Assembly: GCA_951406725.2 (NCBI GenBank)
Contig: OX597822.1
Span: 17,546,001 to 17,610,000 of the forward strand
Direction: 5' to 3'
DNA: 64,000 nucleotides
Source of the DNA: Octopus vulgaris
Lineage: Eukaryota
Below are positions 56,751 through 64,000 of this stretch, one piece after another (the first letter of the stretch is position 1; each line of letters begins with the position of its first letter). The position numbers and the translations under genes were made by a program. The notes beneath the pieces were generated by a model. That model was not told where the DNA came from and ran no database searches. It saw only the letters and a list, made by a program, of their open reading frames with translations.

Positions 56751-58811
56751 TTTTGTGATATTTTTTATTAATAATCATAAAGAATATTACTCCAGCTCCG
56801 GTATTTTTCCCACCTTGTTTCACATTTATGTGCTTACTTTGGTAGATAGATAGATAGATAGATGTTATTATTATTATTATTGACCTAAAGAAATGTTAAC
56901 TCTGGCTAAGCAAGGCATGTAATCCGAAAATCAGCTCAATGTTCTTGAATAACATGTCGGTGTTTGAAAGCGATGTTTTAACAGCACCCACTCAGCACAA
57001 GAGTAAACAAAGTAAGAAAGGAATGTTAATTTCAAGGTGTAGAAAAATAAATGATGTGTGAATACGTTATGTCGATTGCTGGGATAATGAATGGCATGTG
57101 TAGTACTCACTGTTAGGTACATTTATAGAAATAAATCTCTGTCGGTTCCGATGATGAATATTGAGTTGTTCGATCTTCTGAGACTACTTTTTTTATTAGG
57201 CAGTCCTTAGTTATTGGAAGACGACGTCATCCATCCACACACACACACACACCCTTCCCTCAAGAGGATGATGTTGTTGCCGCCTCAAACCAACACCTAG
57301 CTGAGCAATGCCAAAGGATCGCTGCTCATTTAAATAGCGAGCAACTAACTGGACATTCCACAGACCTTTAGCATAATTCTAAGATATAACTAAGGCGGGA
57401 TCTTTTCCTTTTGAACGTCGCAAAATACTAAAAGTAAAGTGTCCTTAAAAAGTATATTGTGATAGAAACTGGCAGTGACAACGGTGATATACCAAAGTTT
57501 CATAAAATACATTTGATATCTAATTGGTAGGCTTCATATTTGAGTCTCGGCAACTTCTATTACTCACCAGTTTGAAACCATTCAATATAATTTTGTTGAT
57601 CCAAACGATGACAACATCTATACACAGACAATAGGCGGGTGATGAGTGCCTGCCAAGAAGAAAATTTAGCAACAGTGAGGATTTATTTACACCATATCTT
57701 CATGAGCATGTACGACGAAACAAATTTAGAGTTCTTGAAAGAAAATTCACGATTCTCTGTTCGTGCATCAATGACTGTTATGTTTTCCTGCAAACGCGAC
57801 TGTTTTCATCTTGTATAAAATATGTGAACGGTTTTCATGTAATGTGTACGTTTACATATTGAGTACATTGGTAAGTCACATACAGTATTGACATGAAGTT
57901 ACTGGATGTCGATGTCATTATTTCCAGTTTCTATCGCTATTTACTTTCGTTTTCTAAGAACAATTTACTTTCTCTATTTTACGACGGTTATCTGAACGTT
58001 TAAACGACTCGGATAAGGGACTTTAAGCTCACGCTAAGATGTTACATAAAGAGATAGAACGTAGGACTTCATGATTATTAAGTGGATTTGTTAAAAAGTA
58101 CGATTGGTGTGTGACGTCGATTCACCTGTTTAAGCGAAACACTTAAGCTGGTTCTTTAGGAGCATCAATCGCTCATTGGTTGGTGATTGAAACCAATTTT
58201 ATCTGCTCTGTAAAATTAAGTACAGCTAAATCACTTAGTAGCGTAGTTTGTAATGAAATGAAATACTGGACAATATTGGTGATGAATCCTCGATCTTGCA
58301 ACATCCACAAGCTATAAAAATATCACATGTCACTGAAGATTGGGTTTTCGCATTCACCAGCGCCTCACATTTCTAACAATAAAAATGCATTATTTCATAC
58401 AAACTTTTCCTTTCACTAGTTAGAGGCCAGGTAGAGTAAACGGAATATGAAATGTTTCAAAACATTCTATTTTGTTTCTAAACATCCACTTGTAAATGTA
58501 GAGGAAAGTTTCTTTATCAATAAATATTTTAAGTCAAATCCATTTGAGTGAACACATACACGTAGGAGAGAGATTGGGATAAAGGTTAAGGGCTGTTCCT
58601 CTTCCTTGTAACGCAATAGAGTCAAGTTAGCAACTGTGTTTGATCCATGAAAATATGTTTGTCACGCTTCAAGTCATCTATATTCCTGTAAAGGAAAAAG
58701 CACAAAAGAAGCAATCTTCTAAATGCTGCATGGTCTATGTGGTGTGCGTTTTACAAACTTAGATGATTCTCAGACACGGATCAGAAACCTTTGTCATAAA
58801 TTATTTCTTTT

Positions 58812-59493
58812 GGACCTTTTCCTTTTGAACGGCAGTTTTCAACACAATTTCTAGTTAACTAAACACTTTTAAACTTTGTATACTGGTAGAATGTGTTGAA
58901 ATAAAACATTTTTTTCTCTTGGCTTTCTCGAGAAAATTGTAATTTGTAAGTTTAACGTAGTTTAATTTTTCGAATTTTAACCAATCAATGGACTCTATTT
59001 AGCTAAAATCATTTGCTGCGTCTAAAACTGAGAATCCTGTCACTGTTATGTTTACGTACGGAAAGCGTGTGTATAATATTATAGAATTATTTTGTTTGTT
59101 AATTGTTTAAATTATTTTCCATTGCTATGGAAACTAGTTTAAACAATACACGTGTATCTCAAAACAAAACGAATAATTTTAGACACACGCGTAACAATTA
59201 AATTAATTTAACAATTAAAAAAAAAAACGAAAGGCTAAAATTTAGGGTTAGGGTTAGTGACAGGATGTTGTCTCAGTTTTAGACGCAGCAAATGATTTTA
59301 GCTAAATAGAGGCCATTGATTGGTTAAAATTCGAAAAATTAAATTACGTTAAACTTACAAATTACAATTTTCTCAAGAAAGCCAAGAGAGAAAAATGTTT
59401 TATTTTGACACATTCTACCAGTATACGAAGTTTAAAAGTGTTTAGTTAACTAGAAATTGTGTTGAAAACTGCCGTACTAAAAGGAAAAGATCC
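58812..59493. mobile_element. Foldback/MULE-like MITE with about 233-bp TIRs
   Basis: 58812-59044 and 59256-59493 are highly similar reverse complements. Possible degenerate 9-bp TSD atttctttt/gtttttttt. A solo terminus ggatcttttccttttgaacg lies near 57398. Confidence 0.85.
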
Positions 59494-60018
59494 GTTTTTT
59501 TTTAATGTCCGGATTATTTGAAACATTTAAATATTTTAAACAGAAGACATCCAGTCATGCGATAACAACAAGACACAAGGAAATTTCAAATGGAACTCGA
59601 AACAGAATCAAAAAGATATCGGGAGTTATCTTTATTGCTCGTCTTCGTCGACTAATTTCCATTGACGTTGAGGGTGTTTTATAGGATTCTCAAATCGATC
59701 CTAGTATTTAAGTTCTTTATTTTTTTGTCCATAAAGAAACGACAACTCTCATTTGGATAAATGAAACAATACTTTTCATTTTTATTTGAAAAGAAAATGG
59801 CCGGTAGAACATTGAACAAAATAATATGCTTTTTAGCCGAGGTCAACTTTGGCTTTCATCCTTCAGGGATCAGTGAAATGTACCAGTTAAGTACTGCGAT
59901 CGACGGCATCTAATTCAGAAACCATATTAAAAGGAAGATATAATAAAAATAAAGAGTCAGGTTTAAACCGCGAAACAAAATTGAACCGAGGAATAGTTAA
60001 ACCGATTCCTTGTGTGTG

Positions 60019-60063
<45 letters not shown>

Positions 60064-61697
60064 TTGCAGTGCCAAATAAAAAGGGTGGTCACGGGCATTT
60101 AGAAAAACAGCTTGTCCGATTTTGAAGAACGATGCCATTAGCAGGTTGTATGTAGTCAGAGGCGTTGCAATGAATTTGTAGAGTATCAGTACAATTGTCT
60201 GAAAACAAACCTCTTCAATTATCATTTTCAACCTAAAGATAAAAAAAAAAAGAAAAAAAGATACAGATGACCACGTGCAAAAAGAGTGCTTGTAAATATG
60301 AAATCTGTTAGATTCAAGCTTTTTTTTCTTAACTTCAGACGTACAATGTCTGATAACCTATTTCTCATGTTTAGCAATTTGAAGAACAGCTACATATGTT
60401 TTTGCGCCTTTTTAAAAATTTTTATTTTATTTATTTTGCTTTCATCTTCGTTTTAATCGACCAGCTGTTGTATTTTAAAATCACCTATAAATGATAAAAC
60501 TGAATACAAAAGTTCACAGAAAAGGTGTCACTTAGATACAGCATGTTTATGACTATTAAACACCTGCATTTATCATTTCCGTTTCTGAAAGTTTTTATTT
60601 CAAGTATCTGATGGAAAAGAAAGGGAAAATTGCCCTTTTCCAAGGACACCCAATACTTTCAGTCACTAAAGCACGTGTACAGGTGAATGTGTAACTAGGG
60701 GTTATATTCAAGTTACATAGGTGAGGGGGGAAAAAGAAGAGATGCGCTCACGTTGAAAATAAACCCCAGCACGTACAAAAGAAATAACGTTGCCCGACGT
60801 CCTGTGATAGCAGGATGGCGCCTCACACTGAATGACTAATAACCATTGACCCCTTTTAGACTATTCCACCTCATTTAAAAAGCTTAGAGCCGCGCAAGTA
60901 TTAAACAAAAAAGAAAGACGAACAGATACGGTTGTCAATAAGAAAAAGAACATGAGTGAGAAAACGGAGTAGATGTATAATTATAGTGAAAAAAAGAAAG
61001 ACAAGTGGACTAGAAAGAGAGTATTCATTGGAAGCAAAAGTAATGTTTAAAACAGACAGCATGAAAAACAAACTAAAAAAAATGTGCGCTGATGTCCGTC
61101 TCACATTCCTCTACATTAACAAACCAAAATACATTGATCTTTATTTAGAAAGCACGTGGATACCGCGGCCTTTTTTTTTTTTTTTTGCCTCTACCCCACC
61201 GTCCACTAAATACTCTTATCTAAACAGACGAACCCTTCTACGTCAATTGATAAAACTCAAGAAAGAACAGTTGTTTTTCACTAGTCTGTGTGTAACTAGA
61301 ATCTTGTTTGCTTTAGTTTAATTCCATGTTCAGAGACAAACCTCAATGTTTAAGACATAAACAAATTTCATGTACAAGTTGTAAAAGCAGTTGAGTTATA
61401 ATTTAATAAGAGGGAAATCTTGTCATGATTTTAATTTATTCAATAAAACAGACCAAAGAAAGAAAAGTTAAAATGAACCAGGCTTTTATTAAAATTAATC
61501 CGATAAAACATCCAACACAAACGCAATATTAAAGTTAAAAATATAGTATTACAATTTTAATATAAGCCTCCGCGTAAGCACAATAAAAACATGCACTTTA
61601 GAAGTTTGTAGTAAAACTATGGTTAAAATGAAAGTTATATATATATTACATGCACACTATAACAGCATTTGGAATGTTGGAAAATATTCTTAAATTT

Positions 61698-62056
61698 AGG
61701 TGCAGACATGGCTGATGGTTAAGAAGCTCACTTTCTAACCACGTGGTTTCTGCTTTAATCCCACTGCACGTTGCTAAAGCCACCGTCTTCCATTAGAGCC
61801 CCCAGACCGACAAAATGCTTTGAGTCAATTTGGTAGACGAAAACTGAGGGAGTCCGTCATATATGCACACAAACACAAGTCTGTGTTGTGTTTGTATCCC
61901 ACCAACCCACTGCTTGGCAACTGATGCTGGTTTGTTTACGTCCCCGTAACTTAGCACTTCAGTGAAAGAACCGATAAAGAATAAGTAACAGGATTAAAAA
62001 GGCACTGGGATAAATTTGAACTAATCATTTCGTGAAAGTGTCTCAGTATGGCCGCA
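61698..62056 (+). mobile_element. SINE family A, older divergent copy
   Basis: ggtgcagacatggctgatggttaagaagctc...atcccactgc...atttggtagacgaaaactg...cagtatggccgca. Confidence 0.75.
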
Positions 62057-64000
62057 AAAAAATATCAGCCTTTCTTTAGATGTGGACTTGATGTAATTAA
62101 AACACCAAATACGTTTGTATTTGTAAATATGTTGCCAAAATTATCTGCGATATGTGTATCAAGTTGATTCCTCAATTCTTAAATATAGTCTAAAAAGTAA
62201 ACCCATCCTATAATAATTAGCGATTTTGTCAAGTATCAAATACACCAGAGATTATGAAATTAGCGGATATACAAACAATGAAACTGCCGGTTAATTGATG
62301 ACAAATATATTTGCCACGATGGAAACGGAAAGAAGGGGTGTGGAATCAAAAGTTATGAAAGAGAGTAATATTGAAACCATGATGCGAATTTGGAGAATAT
62401 AGCATAGAAGGAAGATTTTGTAGCTTTATACATTATCCTAGACTAAGGGTGAGGCAGAAAATCCCACCCACTCATTTCTAAAAATTATGACTTTTTTTTT
62501 TTATAACCTTGTAACATTAATACTACTCACTCTTCAAAGCAGAGTTTAGCAATTTATTTCAATGAGCTGAAGATGAAATTCTAGTCGTATGAAAAGAAAA
62601 ATCAGGTATAAAAAAATAACCAAGTTTTCTGAGCTACCTCACTTTTTGTAGGACGAAATTGGAATAACAACGTTGTTTCAGAGAGGAAGAAGAGAGAAGG
62701 TGAACAGACAAGAAATATGAAAAGGCAAAGTTAACGAGTGCAGGCGTGCTTAGCAACACAAGCATTCCTGAGATAAATATTGTTCACTTATGAAAGAGGA
62801 AGTAAAAAATAACCGGGAAAAAAATCATATTTTGTCGCCAAGGTTAGAAACTATACCGACATTCTCACTTAGAGATTAAGGCGACAAAATTATTTACCAA
62901 TTTTTAAGATCCTACATACATATTTCGAATTATTATGTCGGAGTAATGAACTTTTGCTTAGGTGTAATTTGAAGGAATGATTAAGCAGAAAATCTTTGCA
63001 ATTAAGTAAGTTTTAAATTAGCTTAAGTATGAAATAAAGGCGATCTTTCCTGTTACCTGCGTATTTGGCGAGATGAAAATACATAAACAAAATATGCAGA
63101 GGTCGGCGAATATTTCGAAAATTAAAGTTTTAATTCTGAGAATTATAGAAGTTTTGACGTTCATGCCCTTCCTAAAATACATTAGCAACGGAAATAAAAT
63201 GAACGGCTCTAAACAATGAAACCTGAGCAGCGTATACTTATAAGGGGTTAAGCTTTTCACTATCTCTCTCTCTCTACCGATGGTGGTCGCCTAAAAACCT
63301 AACACGATATTAAAGATAACATTCAAGATAGATATACATCGTAGATAAATATTAAATGGAGATGTGAGCGAACACGGCCTTTTATCACGTACTACAAACA
63401 TTGAAAGCAACAGTAGACACAGAACTCGTGTATCAATATATCAGACGATGATAGAAGGTGAAAATTAAAAGGTCAACTGCCTCAACAAATTAGAATTTAC
63501 ATACAAAAAGTCACATGAAAACCTAAGTACATGACATGTTTAATTTTTTTTTTAATGTTTGGTATAAAATACTGAATGAAACTTTCTGAAAAAAATGTAA
63601 TACCATTAGATAAACTCTGTGGTCATAGCGTACAAGTCGTATACAGTTAATAGAGACAAAATTGACTATAACCGACTGAAAAAAAGTCTTAATTACAAAA
63701 CTTTAATAATTGCAGCAAATGAATGTGTCGTTCACTATTTAGGCTACATAGTAACCGTTTCTAGACAATTGTTGAAGAAATGAACTTTTTAAACATATCT
63801 GAATCTAGTCACATTTCTTGAAAAATTCCAACATTTAAATCGATCATTCTGCCAAACTTACAAATCTTATATTCGACAACAAAACGAGAAATCTCAAATA
63901 CAGTTTATGTGGTGGCGTTTATTTCTTTCCAAATCACTATTAACTTAATAATGCATTTAAGAGTGTATAGTTTAATTCCGGATCTTTTTTTTTTTCTTGG

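Overview
AT-rich, repeat-dense animal genomic DNA with no prokaryotic features. The SINE/RTE/Penelope repertoire and huge (TA)n arrays resemble an Octopus (cephalopod) genome, which is an inference. Roughly 1-38 kb looks like the CpG-depleted, large-intron 5' part of a minus-strand gene I cannot name, with candidate exons at 27566-27610, 24988-25181 (ATG at 25106) and 5323-5429. Roughly 38-64 kb is CpG-richer intergenic/upstream DNA. Mobile elements: three tRNA-type SINE families, RTE LINE pieces (one internally deleted, with a 66-bp tandem array), CR1-group LINE pieces, a CCHC ORF1 LINE remnant, a decayed DD37E Tc1-like element with IR/DR ends, a Merlin-type MITE with an 8-bp TSD plus a fossil Merlin transposase fragment, piggyBac-like, MULE-like and Helitron-type non-autonomous elements, and a Penelope-like (Naiad-type) GIY-YIG remnant with inverted pLTRs. 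The most notable hidden layer is six hammerhead-ribozyme motifs of five apparently unrelated sequence types, mostly in short elements beside (TA)n tracts. Only the one at 46317-46368 has a fully canonical core. Most ORFs in the supplied track are microsatellite or repeat artefacts. All calls were made by eye, and TE boundaries are approximate unless TSDs are given.
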